This document shows, one piece after another, positions 40,531 through 49,998 of a DNA stretch of 64,000 nucleotides. The stretch comes from Terriglobia bacterium. GTDB taxonomy: Bacteria > Acidobacteriota > Terriglobia > 2-12-FULL-54-10. The notes beneath the pieces were generated by a model. That model made no database searches. It was not told the DNA's origin and was given only the letters and a program-made list of their open reading frames with translations. The stretch lies in NCBI GenBank assembly GCA_963666975.2, contig CAXVYR010000004.1, positions 992,001-1,056,000 of the forward strand, read 5' to 3'. Numbering within the stretch: position 1 is the first letter of the stretch; the number at the start of each line of letters is the position of its first letter. Position numbers and translations under genes: made by a program.

Positions 40531-41619
40531 CTAAGGACGGATGGTGATCAACTGCTCCGGGCTTGCGGTCAAATTCACGACGCTGACTCGCGCCGCCACT
40601 CGCTTGGCGATCTCGTAAAAAACAGCCGCCTCGGGGGACTCCGGGCCACGAGCCGCCAGCGGAGAACCGTAGTCCCCGCCGGCCCGAATCTCCGGGTGAA
40701 GCGGAATCTCGCCCAGGAACGGAATGCTGAAATCCTCGCTCGTTTTTCGTCCGCCGCCGTGGCTGAAAATTTCTATCCGTTCCGAGCAGTGGGGACAGAC
40801 GAAGTAGCTCATGTTCTCTACGATTCCGAGCACCTCCACCTTCACCTGCCGGAACATCTCAATGGCTTTGCGGGCGTCTTCGAGAGCCACATCCGACGGC
40901 GTGGTGACCACCACGCCTCCCGAGAGCGGCACCGACTGTGTCAGACTCAGTTGCACATCGCCGGTTCCAGGCGGCAAATCCAGAATCAGATAGTCGAGCT
41001 CTCCCCAATCCACATTGCGCAGAAACTGCTGGATCACGCTGTGCAGCATCGGGCCGCGCCACACCAGCGGCCGGTCCCCCGGATTCAGAAATCCCATCGA
41101 CATCAGCCGAATGCCGGAACCTTCCAGCGGTTGGATGCGCTCTCCCACCGCTTGCGGACTTGCCTGAATCCCCATCATGCGCGGCACGTTGGGGCCGTAA
41201 ATGTCGGAATCCATCAGGCCTACGGCGGCTCCCAGACGCGCCAGCGCCACAGCAATATTCACTGCGACGGTCGTCTTGCCCACGCCGCCTTTGCCCGAAG
41301 CTACGGCGACGATATTTTTTACCCCCGGAATGCCCGCGCGCCCCTGCATGTCGCGCACCTGCGGCACCGAGGCTTCCATCTTGATCTGAACGCTCTCGAT
41401 GCCGTCGAGCTTCAGCAACTCGTCCCGGATGCTTTTTTCAATTTCCTCTTTCAGGGGACAGGCCGGGGTGGTCAGCACGAAGGTCAGCGAGACGGTGGCG
41501 CCTTTGACCACAACGTTCTTGACCATGTCGAGGGTGATAATATCTTTGTTCAGCTCGGGTTCGGGTACGCGGCGCAAGGCCTCCAGAATCCGGCTCACAT
41601 CTGTGCTGGCTCCAGCCAT
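40531..41619 (-). CDS. mrp: Mrp/NBP35 (ApbC) Fe-S carrier ATPase
   Basis: LTTPACP, SGKGGVGKTT, WRGPM, DLPPGTGD, ENMSYFVCPHC. Confidence 0.95.
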   Translation of the reverse strand: MAGASTDVSRILEALRRVPEPELNKDIITLDMVKNVVVKGATVSLTFVLTTPACPLKEEIEKSIRDELLKLDGIESVQIKMEASVPQVRDMQGRAGIPGVKNIVAVASGKGGVGKTTVAVNIAVALARLGAAVGLMDSDIYGPNVPRMMGIQASPQAVGERIQPLEGSGIRLMSMGFLNPGDRPLVWRGPMLHSVIQQFLRNVDWGELDYLILDLPPGTGDVQLSLTQSVPLSGGVVVTTPSDVALEDARKAIEMFRQVKVEVLGIVENMSYFVCPHCSERIEIFSHGGGRKTSEDFSIPFLGEIPLHPEIRAGGDYGSPLAARGPESPEAAVFYEIAKRVAARVSVVNLTASPEQLITIRP

Positions 41620-41753
41620 ATTTTCCTTTCCAACAGAAATCTTGTCGCAACTTGAATCAGGCATTATAACATAAGCGGTAGAGGCCGCTTGCGCCTCGCG
41701 GACGTAGGAGACAGAGCGCCACAAATCGGAACGGGATTCGCCTCAGAAAAATC

Positions 41754-43172
41754 ATGCAGACAGAATGGATAACCCAACTCGCAAGCATCGTCGGCCCGGA
41801 AGCCGTGCTTCACCGGTCCGAAGACATGATGCTCTATGAGTACGACGGGTCGGTGGAGCGCGCCGCGCCGGAAGCCGCCGTATTCCCCACCACCACCGAC
41901 GAGGTCGTTCGTCTGGTGCGCTGGGCCAACGAAAAAAATCTTCCCATTGTGGCGCGAGGCGCAGGAACCGGTTTGAGCGGCGGCGCAGTCGCCGTCGAGG
42001 GCGGGCTGATCCTGGGCTTCTCGCGCATGAAGAAGATCGTCGAGATCGACACCGACAACCAGCGGGCCGTGGTGCAACCGGGCGTCGTCAACCTGGACCT
42101 CTCACTCGCCGTCGCCGCCAGCGGCTACTACTATGCGCCCGACCCCTCCAGCCAGAAGGCCTGCACGCTCGGCGGCAACGTGGCGGAAAATTCCGGCGGA
42201 CCTCACACGCTCGCCTGCGGCGTCACCACCAACCACGTCCTGGGCCTGGAGGTCGTGATGCCCGACGGCCAGTTGCTGCACACTGGCGGCAAAGTGGCCG
42301 ACTCGCCCGGCTACGACCTGACCGGCCTGTTGGTCGGCTCGGAAGGGACGCTCGGCATCGTCACCGAGATCACGGTGCGGCTGATCCGGCTGCCCGAGGC
42401 GGTGAAGACGCTGCTGGCCATCTTCGAGACCGTGGACGACGCCACCGAGACGGTGGCCGAGATCACGTCGCGCGCCATCACGCCCGCAGCCCTGGAGATG
42501 ATGGACCAGTTGACGCTTCAGGCGGTGGAGACGGCCACGAAGGCCGGCTATCCCCGTGACGCCGCCGCCGTGCTGCTGATCGAACTGGAAGGGCTTTCCG
42601 AAGAAGTGGATGTTCAGGCCACCCAAATCGGCGAAGTCTGCCGGAACCACGCCGCCCGCGAGGTGCGCCTGGCACAGTCAGAAGCGGAACGGCAGCTATT
42701 GTGGGCGGGACGCAAAAACGCCTTCGGGGCCATGGGCCGCATCTCGCCCAGCTTTTATGTCCAGGACGGCGTCATCCCGCGCACGCGCATCCCTGAGACG
42801 CTGCGCTTTATTCAGCAGGTGGGCGAGCGATTACAGCTGAAAATCGCCAACGTCTTCCATGCAGGGGACGGCAACATGCATCCGCTGATCCTGTTCGACG
42901 CGCGCGACCGGCAGCAGTACCAACGAGTGGTCCAAGCGGGCTCGGAGATACTCGCCTTCTGCGTCGAGCTGGGCGGCTCCATCACGGGAGAGCATGGCGT
43001 GGGCACGGAAAAAAATAACCTGATGCCGCTGCTGTTTACCGAGGACGATTTGACCGCCATGAGACAGCTTAAAACGGTCTTCAACCCGAGCGGGCGGCTG
43101 AACCCGTCCAAAATGTTTCCGACCTCCAAAGGGTGCGGCGAAATTCGCATCCGCCATCAGGTCGGGCGTTGA
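41754..43172 (+). CDS. glcD: Glycolate oxidase FAD subunit
   Basis: RGAGTGLSGGA, PDPSSQKAC, GSEGTLG, HAGDGNMHP, GEHGVG. Confidence 0.9.
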   Translation: MQTEWITQLASIVGPEAVLHRSEDMMLYEYDGSVERAAPEAAVFPTTTDEVVRLVRWANEKNLPIVARGAGTGLSGGAVAVEGGLILGFSRMKKIVEIDTDNQRAVVQPGVVNLDLSLAVAASGYYYAPDPSSQKACTLGGNVAENSGGPHTLACGVTTNHVLGLEVVMPDGQLLHTGGKVADSPGYDLTGLLVGSEGTLGIVTEITVRLIRLPEAVKTLLAIFETVDDATETVAEITSRAITPAALEMMDQLTLQAVETATKAGYPRDAAAVLLIELEGLSEEVDVQATQIGEVCRNHAAREVRLAQSEAERQLLWAGRKNAFGAMGRISPSFYVQDGVIPRTRIPETLRFIQQVGERLQLKIANVFHAGDGNMHPLILFDARDRQQYQRVVQAGSEILAFCVELGGSITGEHGVGTEKNNLMPLLFTEDDLTAMRQLKTVFNPSGRLNPSKMFPTSKGCGEIRIRHQVGR

Positions 43173-43263
43173 CGACAGCAACACTGACGACAACAACAGT
43201 GACAACGGCGGACAGGATCGAGTCTATTTTTGTTTTCTTGGACTGAACTGGAGAACTTGCCTC

Positions 43264-44625
43264 GTGCAACAAGAATCCTACCGCAAGCGGCTGGCTGAGA
43301 TCGTCGGGGATGAGCATCTCACCTTCGACACCGAATTTCTGCGGGAGCGCGGCTGGGAAGGTCCCCTGCCTCAAGCCATCGTGCATCCTCACAGCCCGGA
43401 GCAAGTCGCCGAGGTCATGAAGCTAGCCTGTGCCGAACGGCTGAAGGTATCGCCCGCCGGAGCTTTGACCAAACAGCGTATGGGCGGAGTTCCCCGGCAG
43501 ATCGATTTGATTCTCTCGCTCGACCGTCTGAACCGCGTCACTGACTATCAGCCAGCCGATTTAACGGTTACCGTCCAGGCCGGACTTCCAATCCGCGAGT
43601 TGGATGCCGCGTTGCGCGCCCAAGGACAGATGCTGCCGTTCGATGCGCCGTTCGCTGCCCAGGCGACCGTCGGCGGCGTGCTGGCCACTAACGGGAGCGG
43701 GGCACGGCGGCTGAAGTATGGGACCTCCCGCGACATGCTGCTCGGTGTCCGCTTTGTCACGGCTGAGGGGAAGCTGGTGAAAAGCGGTGGCAAGGTGGTC
43801 AAAAACGTGGCGGGCTACGATATGGGGAAAATGCTGCTCGGGTCTTTCGGCACCCTGGGCGTCATCAGGGAGGTCACCTTCAAGGTCTTCCCTGTTCCGC
43901 CCTCCAGCGTGACTCTCCTGCTAGGGTTCACCACGGCCCGGCAGGCATTGCAGGCGCGACACCGCATCCTGAATTCCCCGTTCGCCCCGCAGGCCCTGGA
44001 TTTGGTGGACGCCGCGGCCGGTTCGCTCATGGGGGAGCCGGTTTTGTCCGCTGCTCCCTTTACCCTGCTGGTGGCGATGGCAGGGCCGGAGCCGGTGATT
44101 GAGCGGGCACGCCGCGAGCTGCCCCCGCTGGTTCGCCCTGATGGAGGGGAAAGGCATTCAGAGCTTGCGGCCGAGGCCGAGATGAACCTGTGGAGAAAAA
44201 TCCAGGAACTTACCCCCACCGTCCTTCGCGCCCATCCGGAAGCCACGGTCGTAAAGGCTTCGGTCTTGCTCTCCCACATCGGCGACATGATGGAACAAGC
44301 GCGACAATCTACATCCCGCAACGGCATGGCGCTTGCTACGCTGGCGCGCGCGGGCACGGGCGTTGTGTACTGTTATTTGTTGCCACAGCCCAAAACCAAT
44401 GGCGTCTCCCAGGCCGAACACACGGCCAAGGCCTGCGAGGATATTCTGAATGAGACGGACCGGCTCGGGGGCCGCGCCGTTGTAGAATGGGCTCCCCCCG
44501 AAGTAAAAGGTAAAGCGAACCTGTGGGGACCGCTCCGTGACGACTTCCCTGTGATGCAGCGGTTGAAGGCGCAGTTTGACCCGCAGACGATTCTGAACCC
44601 CGGCCGGTTCTATGGGGGAATATGA
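43264..44625 (+). CDS. glcE: Glycolate oxidase subunit
   Basis: GGKVVKNVAGYD..GSFGTLG, FDP..LNPGRF. Confidence 0.88.
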   Translation: MQQESYRKRLAEIVGDEHLTFDTEFLRERGWEGPLPQAIVHPHSPEQVAEVMKLACAERLKVSPAGALTKQRMGGVPRQIDLILSLDRLNRVTDYQPADLTVTVQAGLPIRELDAALRAQGQMLPFDAPFAAQATVGGVLATNGSGARRLKYGTSRDMLLGVRFVTAEGKLVKSGGKVVKNVAGYDMGKMLLGSFGTLGVIREVTFKVFPVPPSSVTLLLGFTTARQALQARHRILNSPFAPQALDLVDAAAGSLMGEPVLSAAPFTLLVAMAGPEPVIERARRELPPLVRPDGGERHSELAAEAEMNLWRKIQELTPTVLRAHPEATVVKASVLLSHIGDMMEQARQSTSRNGMALATLARAGTGVVYCYLLPQPKTNGVSQAEHTAKACEDILNETDRLGGRAVVEWAPPEVKGKANLWGPLRDDFPVMQRLKAQFDPQTILNPGRFYGGI

Positions 44626-45988
44626 GGGGAACATTGCATTGAGCGCTCCGAAATTTCCCATCTCCCTTTCCGATGATTCCCAGCCAACGGAGTCGCGCAC
44701 AGAAGCGCCCAGCGGCTTTTCTGCCATCGACCGGCCCGAACGGGAAGATTATTCCCGCTGCATCCGCTGCGGCCTTTGCCTGAACGCATGTCCCACCTAC
44801 CGGGAGCTGGGCGTGGAGATGGACTCGCCGCGCGGGCGCATCTATCAAATGGTTCAGGTGGACGAGGGCCGCCTCCCGCTGGGGGAGAGCTTTGTCCGCC
44901 ACATCGACCTGTGCCTGGATTGCCGCGCCTGCGAGACGGCATGCCCCTCCGGGGTGGAATACGGGAAGCTGGTGGAGGCGGCGCGGGCGCAGATCGAGCA
45001 GCACTACCGGCGGCCACTGCTCGAACGCGCGCTGCGGCGGCTGGCCTTCTATCATTTAATCTCAAAGCCCTCCAACCTGAAACTCGCGGGGTTTCTGCTG
45101 CGCTGCTACCAGGCGTCCGGCTTGCAGAAGTTGGTGCGGCGGAGCGGCCTGCTCAAACCGTTTGGCCGCTTGGGGGCGCTGGAAGAACTGACGCCGCAGA
45201 TCGAATCCCCCACGTTTTTCCCGCAGATCGGCAAGGTGTTCCCGGCGCGCGGGCAACGGCGCTACCGCGTGGGCCTCCATGCGGGCTGCATCGCCAACCT
45301 GGCCTTTGCCCGCTTGCAGGAGGCCACGATTCGCGTCCTGCAGGAGAACGGTTGCGAGGTGGTCGTTCCCGCTGGACAGATATGCTGCGGGGCCTTGCCG
45401 GCGCACGCCGGGCTGCGCGAGCTGGCCCGCGATCTGGCGCGCCGGAATATTGAAGCGTTCTCGAAAGAACCGTTCGACGCCGTCCTGACCAACGCCGCCG
45501 GTTGCGGGTCAACATTGAAGGAGTACGACCACCTGCTCCACGGCGACACGGCATGGGCGGAGAAAGCCGCAGGGTTCGTAAGCAAGATGAAAGACGTCAC
45601 CGAGTTTCTTGTCGAGATCGGGCTGGTGCAGAAGATGCGCCCGTTTGCTGCGACGGTCACCTATCAAGACTCCTGCCACTTGGCGCACGGACAAAAGGTC
45701 CGCAAGCCGCCGAGGACGCTGCTCGAGGCTGTGCCGGGGTTGCGGTTTGTGGAGATGCCGCTATCGGACATTTGTTGCGGCAGCGCTGGAATTTATAACA
45801 TCACGCAAACAAAACTCTCTATGCAGTTGCTCGAAAAGAAAATGGAGGCGGTGAACAGCACCGGCGCCGAGATCGTCGCCACGGCCAATCCAGGCTGCAT
45901 CCTGCAACTGCGCGCCGGGGCAAAGCTTTATGGGAACGGGCAGCAGGTACTGCACGTGGTGGAGTTGCTGGACCGGGCGCGGGGGTAG
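44612..45988 (+). CDS. glcF: Glycolate oxidase Fe-S subunit
   Basis: CIRCGLCLNACP, CLDCRACETACP, CCG domains, YQDSCHL, ANPGC. Confidence 0.9.
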   Translation: MGEYEGNIALSAPKFPISLSDDSQPTESRTEAPSGFSAIDRPEREDYSRCIRCGLCLNACPTYRELGVEMDSPRGRIYQMVQVDEGRLPLGESFVRHIDLCLDCRACETACPSGVEYGKLVEAARAQIEQHYRRPLLERALRRLAFYHLISKPSNLKLAGFLLRCYQASGLQKLVRRSGLLKPFGRLGALEELTPQIESPTFFPQIGKVFPARGQRRYRVGLHAGCIANLAFARLQEATIRVLQENGCEVVVPAGQICCGALPAHAGLRELARDLARRNIEAFSKEPFDAVLTNAAGCGSTLKEYDHLLHGDTAWAEKAAGFVSKMKDVTEFLVEIGLVQKMRPFAATVTYQDSCHLAHGQKVRKPPRTLLEAVPGLRFVEMPLSDICCGSAGIYNITQTKLSMQLLEKKMEAVNSTGAEIVATANPGCILQLRAGAKLYGNGQQVLHVVELLDRARG

Positions 45989-46044
45989 CCACGGCGAGTG
46001 AATTCCCTCGCCGTGGGCATTTTCCGAATTTACAAACCCACGGC
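45985..46044. repeat. GTAG-type REP overlapping the glcF stop codon
   Basis: gtagccacggcgag..ctcgccgtggg hairpin; TAG is the glcF stop. Confidence 0.85.
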
Positions 46045-46306
46045 TAGAGAAATCGAGGCCCGCAGTCAACCGTTTGGCAGGATAGGAGACAGGAGGTTTT
46101 GAAACTGCCACCCTTGGGCCTGGGGTCCACTACCGCCGAGGTTATTCTGGATTGCGGGCTGTTCGGTTGTCAGGAGCCGGAGAGGATCACTCGGATCCCC
46201 CAATAGCAAAACTGCGTTGGTAGGAGCCAGTTTGAAGGAAGATACATATATACTTTCGACTGCCGGAGGGCCCCAAAATTATTCCGGATAAGATGAGAGG
46301 AAGGCT

Positions 46307-46951
46307 ATGAGCGCAGACAAATCTCCGAAACCGACTATCACTCCAGCCGGGAACGGGCCCTACGTTGTGAAGGGTCTGGAAAACCTGCGCAACTCCAGAG
46401 GCGAAAAACTTCAAACCAAAGAGGCCTTCGCTCTGTGCCGATGTGGGGCTTCAGCCAATAAGCCCTATTGTGACGGCGCCCACTCGAAGATCGGTTTTTC
46501 CGATGACAAGCTCGAAGGCAGGGTGGGGGACAAACGAGAAAGCTTCGCAGGCGCCGAGGTGACCGTCCACGACAATCGGGGCATTTGCGCCCATGCCGGT
46601 GTTTGTACCGACGGGCTTCCGAAGGTCTTTCAGTTGAGGCAGGAACCGTGGATCGACCCCCATGGCGCCTCCGCCGACCAGATCATCGCCACCGTCAAGA
46701 AATGCCCCTCTGGGGCTTTGAGCTATTCAATCGGCGGTGTTGAGCAGCGGGACCAAGATCGGGAACCGACCATCACTGTGGCTAAGGACGGTCCCTATGT
46801 TGTGACGGGGAGACCGGATTTTGCTGGCGTAGGGTGGGCCGAAGGAGCGTCCCAAGAACACTATACACTTTGTCGATGCGGAGCGTCCCAGAACAAGCCT
46901 TTTTGCGACGGCACCCACTGGTCCATCAAGTTCAGCGACGAAAAGAACTGA
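46307..46951 (+). CDS. Double CDGSH Fe-S protein with central divergent ferredoxin domain
   Basis: CRCGASANKPYCDGAH, CAHAGVC..CPSGAL, CRCGASQNKPFCDGTH. Confidence 0.9.
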   Translation: MSADKSPKPTITPAGNGPYVVKGLENLRNSRGEKLQTKEAFALCRCGASANKPYCDGAHSKIGFSDDKLEGRVGDKRESFAGAEVTVHDNRGICAHAGVCTDGLPKVFQLRQEPWIDPHGASADQIIATVKKCPSGALSYSIGGVEQRDQDREPTITVAKDGPYVVTGRPDFAGVGWAEGASQEHYTLCRCGASQNKPFCDGTHWSIKFSDEKN

Positions 46952-47048
46952 CACGTTGGGATGGCGCACACCTTCCCCCGTCTGCGTGCCAACCGGGAAT
47001 TGCTCGGTAATATTTACGTCGAACAGCCACTTCCCCAACATATAGCGG

Positions 47049-47142
47049 GGTAGCCACGGTGAGCGTTTTTTCTCGCCGTGGGCATTTCGGCGGCGTTTAC
47101 AAACCCACGGCAAATTTGCAATTCAAATTTGCCGTGGCTACC
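47049..47142. repeat. REPIN-like inverted pair of GTAG REPs
   Basis: ggtagccacgg...ccgtggg ... cccacggcaaatttg..caaatttgccgtggctacc. Confidence 0.88.
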
Positions 47143-47248
47143 GCTGCCAGCCAAAGCAAGGACGATTGGCGCTGGCTCGGAATCCGGGTAAACTGAATGT
47201 TGAGTTTTTTGCCGCCCTAACCGGCCCAACCGGAAAGCTCCCGACAAC

Positions 47249-48802
47249 ATGGAAACTGCCACCGGCATTGTCATCCTGGATTTTGGTTCGCAGTACACGC
47301 AACTGATTGCGCGCCGCATCCGGCAGCACCACGTCCGCAGCACGATTGTTCCCTGCACCATCAGCCCGAAGGATTTGGGCAAGCTCCGCCCCGCCGGCAT
47401 CATCCTTTCCGGCGGCCCTAGCTCGGTCTTTGACGACGACGCGCCGCGCTCCGACCCGGCCATCCTGAAGATGGGAACGCCGGTTCTCGGCATCTGCTAC
47501 GGACTCCAGTTGATCTCTCATCAGTTGGGCGGCACGGTGCGCCCCGCGCCGCACAGGGAGTACGGGCGCGCACAGCTTGAGATCATCGTCGGCTCAGGTG
47601 GCTCGGACAGCTCGCGCCTGTTCCGCTCCCTGCCTTCGCCGCTGCCGGTGTGGAACAGCCACGGGGACCAGATCGTAAAGCTGCCGCCCGGATTCCGCCA
47701 GACGGGCCGGACCGAAACCGCCGTGGCGGCCATCGAAGACCCGGAGCGGCGCATCTACGCGCTGCAGTTCCATCCCGAGGTCCACCACACCGCGCGCGGG
47801 AACGAAATCCTGGCCAACTTCCTTTTTGAAATCTGCCAGGCTCCGGCTGACTGGACCCCGAAGTCGTTCATCGAGCAGACGGTCGCCTCCACACGCGAAA
47901 CCGTGAGCGAGGGGCGGGCGCTCTGCGCTTTGAGCGGAGGCGTCGATTCCACCGTTGCCGCGATGCTGGTCCACCGGGCCATCGGCGACCGCTTGCATTG
48001 CATCTTCGTGGACAATGGAGTGCTGCGGCAGAATGAGTTCTCCAGAGTTTCCGCCATGCTGCGCCGCCTGGGGCTGAACGTGACGGGGGTGGATGCCTCC
48101 GAGCGCTTCCTCCGGAAGCTCGAGGGCGTTACCGACCCGGAAGAAAAACGCCGCATCATCGGGAACGAATTTATTCATGTGTTCGAGGAACAGAGCACCC
48201 GGCTGGGCGAGGTGGAGTATTTAGTCCAGGGAACGCTCTACCCCGACGTGATCGAATCGGTCTCGGTGCGCGGGCCTTCGGCCACCATCAAGACGCATCA
48301 CAACGTGGGCGGCCTGCCCGAAACCATGAAGCTCCGCCTGCTGGAGCCCTTGCGGGAGCTGTTCAAAGATGAAGTGCGCCGCGTGGGAGCCGATCTGGGA
48401 CTCGACCCGGAGATCCTGAACCGCCAGCCGTTTCCCGGTCCGGGGCTGGCCGTGCGCATCCTGGGAGAGGTGACCCGCGAACGGTTGGAAATGCTGCGGG
48501 CGGCCGATGAGATCGTGGACGAGGAAATTCGCGAGGCGTCATTGTACGAAAGCATCTGGCAGTCGTTTGCCGTGCTGCTGCCGATCCGCAGCGTGGGAGT
48601 GATGGGCGACCAGCGAACCTACGGCTACACCGCCGCCATTCGTGCGGTGCATTCCGAAGACGCCATGACGGCCGACTGGGTCAAGCTGCCGTACGAGGTG
48701 CTGGCGCGGATTTCCAACCGCATTGTGAACGAGGTCCAGGGCGTCAACCGCGTCGTCTACGACATCTCCTCGAAACCCCCCAGCACCATCGAGTGGGAAT
48801 AA
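47249..48802 (+). CDS. guaA: GMP synthase
   Basis: [41 protein letters not shown]. Confidence 0.97.
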   Translation: METATGIVILDFGSQYTQLIARRIRQHHVRSTIVPCTISPKDLGKLRPAGIILSGGPSSVFDDDAPRSDPAILKMGTPVLGICYGLQLISHQLGGTVRPAPHREYGRAQLEIIVGSGGSDSSRLFRSLPSPLPVWNSHGDQIVKLPPGFRQTGRTETAVAAIEDPERRIYALQFHPEVHHTARGNEILANFLFEICQAPADWTPKSFIEQTVASTRETVSEGRALCALSGGVDSTVAAMLVHRAIGDRLHCIFVDNGVLRQNEFSRVSAMLRRLGLNVTGVDASERFLRKLEGVTDPEEKRRIIGNEFIHVFEEQSTRLGEVEYLVQGTLYPDVIESVSVRGPSATIKTHHNVGGLPETMKLRLLEPLRELFKDEVRRVGADLGLDPEILNRQPFPGPGLAVRILGEVTRERLEMLRAADEIVDEEIREASLYESIWQSFAVLLPIRSVGVMGDQRTYGYTAAIRAVHSEDAMTADWVKLPYEVLARISNRIVNEVQGVNRVVYDISSKPPSTIEWE

Positions 48803-48955
48803 CCGGAGCCGACGAGACGGCGGCGTGCTTCTGGTCCATTTACTTCCGCTGTGGATGTGATTGATCTTAATTGATCTCATCGGGCACGTTTCGTTAGACT
48901 GGAGTTCAGATTTGACGCCCTGCCCGGCGAGCGGGCTTAGGTTTGAGGCAAGCGT

Positions 48956-49423
48956 ATGGCATCCATTCTCGGCGGCATTGTGGAAACGGCGGTGGCGCTG
49001 GCCTCCGGCTTCAAGGTCACCTTTCGGCAGATGTTCCGTCCCACGGTCACGGAGAACTACCCGGACGAGCCGCCGAACTTTCAGAATCGCTTTCGGGGCC
49101 TGCACGTTTTGCAGCGGGACGAGGCGGGCCTGGAAAAGTGCGTAGCCTGCTTCCTGTGCTCGGCGGCCTGCCCGTCCAATTGCATCTACATCGAAGCGGC
49201 CGACAACACCGCCGAGCAACAGATCAGCGCCGGAGAGCGCTACGCCGATGTATATAACATCGACTACAACCGCTGCATTTTTTGCGGCTACTGCGTGGAG
49301 GCTTGCCCCACCGACGCCATCACCCACGGGCACGAATTTGAACTCGCCAGTTACAACGTCACCGACCTGATCTATCGCAAAGAACGGCTGCTAGCCAAGC
49401 AACCGCAGGCGGCGGAGCGTTGA
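48956..49423 (+). CDS. nuoI: NADH-quinone oxidoreductase subunit I
   Basis: TENYP..RFRGLH, CVACFLCSAACP, CIFCGYCVEACP. Confidence 0.92.
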   Translation: MASILGGIVETAVALASGFKVTFRQMFRPTVTENYPDEPPNFQNRFRGLHVLQRDEAGLEKCVACFLCSAACPSNCIYIEAADNTAEQQISAGERYADVYNIDYNRCIFCGYCVEACPTDAITHGHEFELASYNVTDLIYRKERLLAKQPQAAER

Positions 49424-49487
49424 GCAGGCCCGCAATCCGCGCGGTTTTGAGCTTTCAGGCCACCGCCTGCAAACACAAGGAAAATCC

Positions 49488-49994
49488 GTGAAGATTCCGG
49501 TTGAGATCACCGTCAACGGCACACGGCATTGCTCGGAGGTGGAGCCCCGCCTGTTGCTGGTTCACTACCTGCGCGATGTGCTGGATTTGACCGGCACGCA
49601 CGTCGGCTGCGAGACGGGCTTGTGCGGCGCCTGCACGGTTCTTTTGGACGGAGAAGCCGTCAAGTCCTGCATGATGCTGGCGGTGCAGGCCAACGGCCGC
49701 GCCGTCGAAACCGTCGAGGGGTTGTCGGTGGAAGGCGAATTGGACGCGGTGCAGCGCGGATTCCGGGAGGAACACGGCCTGCAATGCGGCTTCTGCACTC
49801 CCGGCATGCTGATGGCCGCCCACGACCTGCTCCGCCGTTCGCCCCAACCCACGACCGAGGAAATCCAGCGCGCGATCAACGGCAATCTCTGCCGCTGCAC
49901 CGGATACCAAACCATCGTGAAAGCCATCCAGAACGCGGGCAAGCAGATGAGGGCGGGCAAGCCTTCTGCGGCCTCCTCGCGGGGAAGGAGATAG
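49488..49994 (+). CDS. 2Fe-2S subunit of xanthine dehydrogenase/CoxS family
   Basis: GCETGLCGACTV, QCGFCTPG, NLCRCTGY. Confidence 0.93.
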   Translation: MKIPVEITVNGTRHCSEVEPRLLLVHYLRDVLDLTGTHVGCETGLCGACTVLLDGEAVKSCMMLAVQANGRAVETVEGLSVEGELDAVQRGFREEHGLQCGFCTPGMLMAAHDLLRRSPQPTTEEIQRAINGNLCRCTGYQTIVKAIQNAGKQMRAGKPSAASSRGRR

Positions 49995-49998
49995 CCCC

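Noticed and set aside
43170-43211. Selenocysteine readthrough of glcD
   Set aside because: GlcD is complete at the first TGA; the extension is low-complexity repeat without a SECIS-like hairpin
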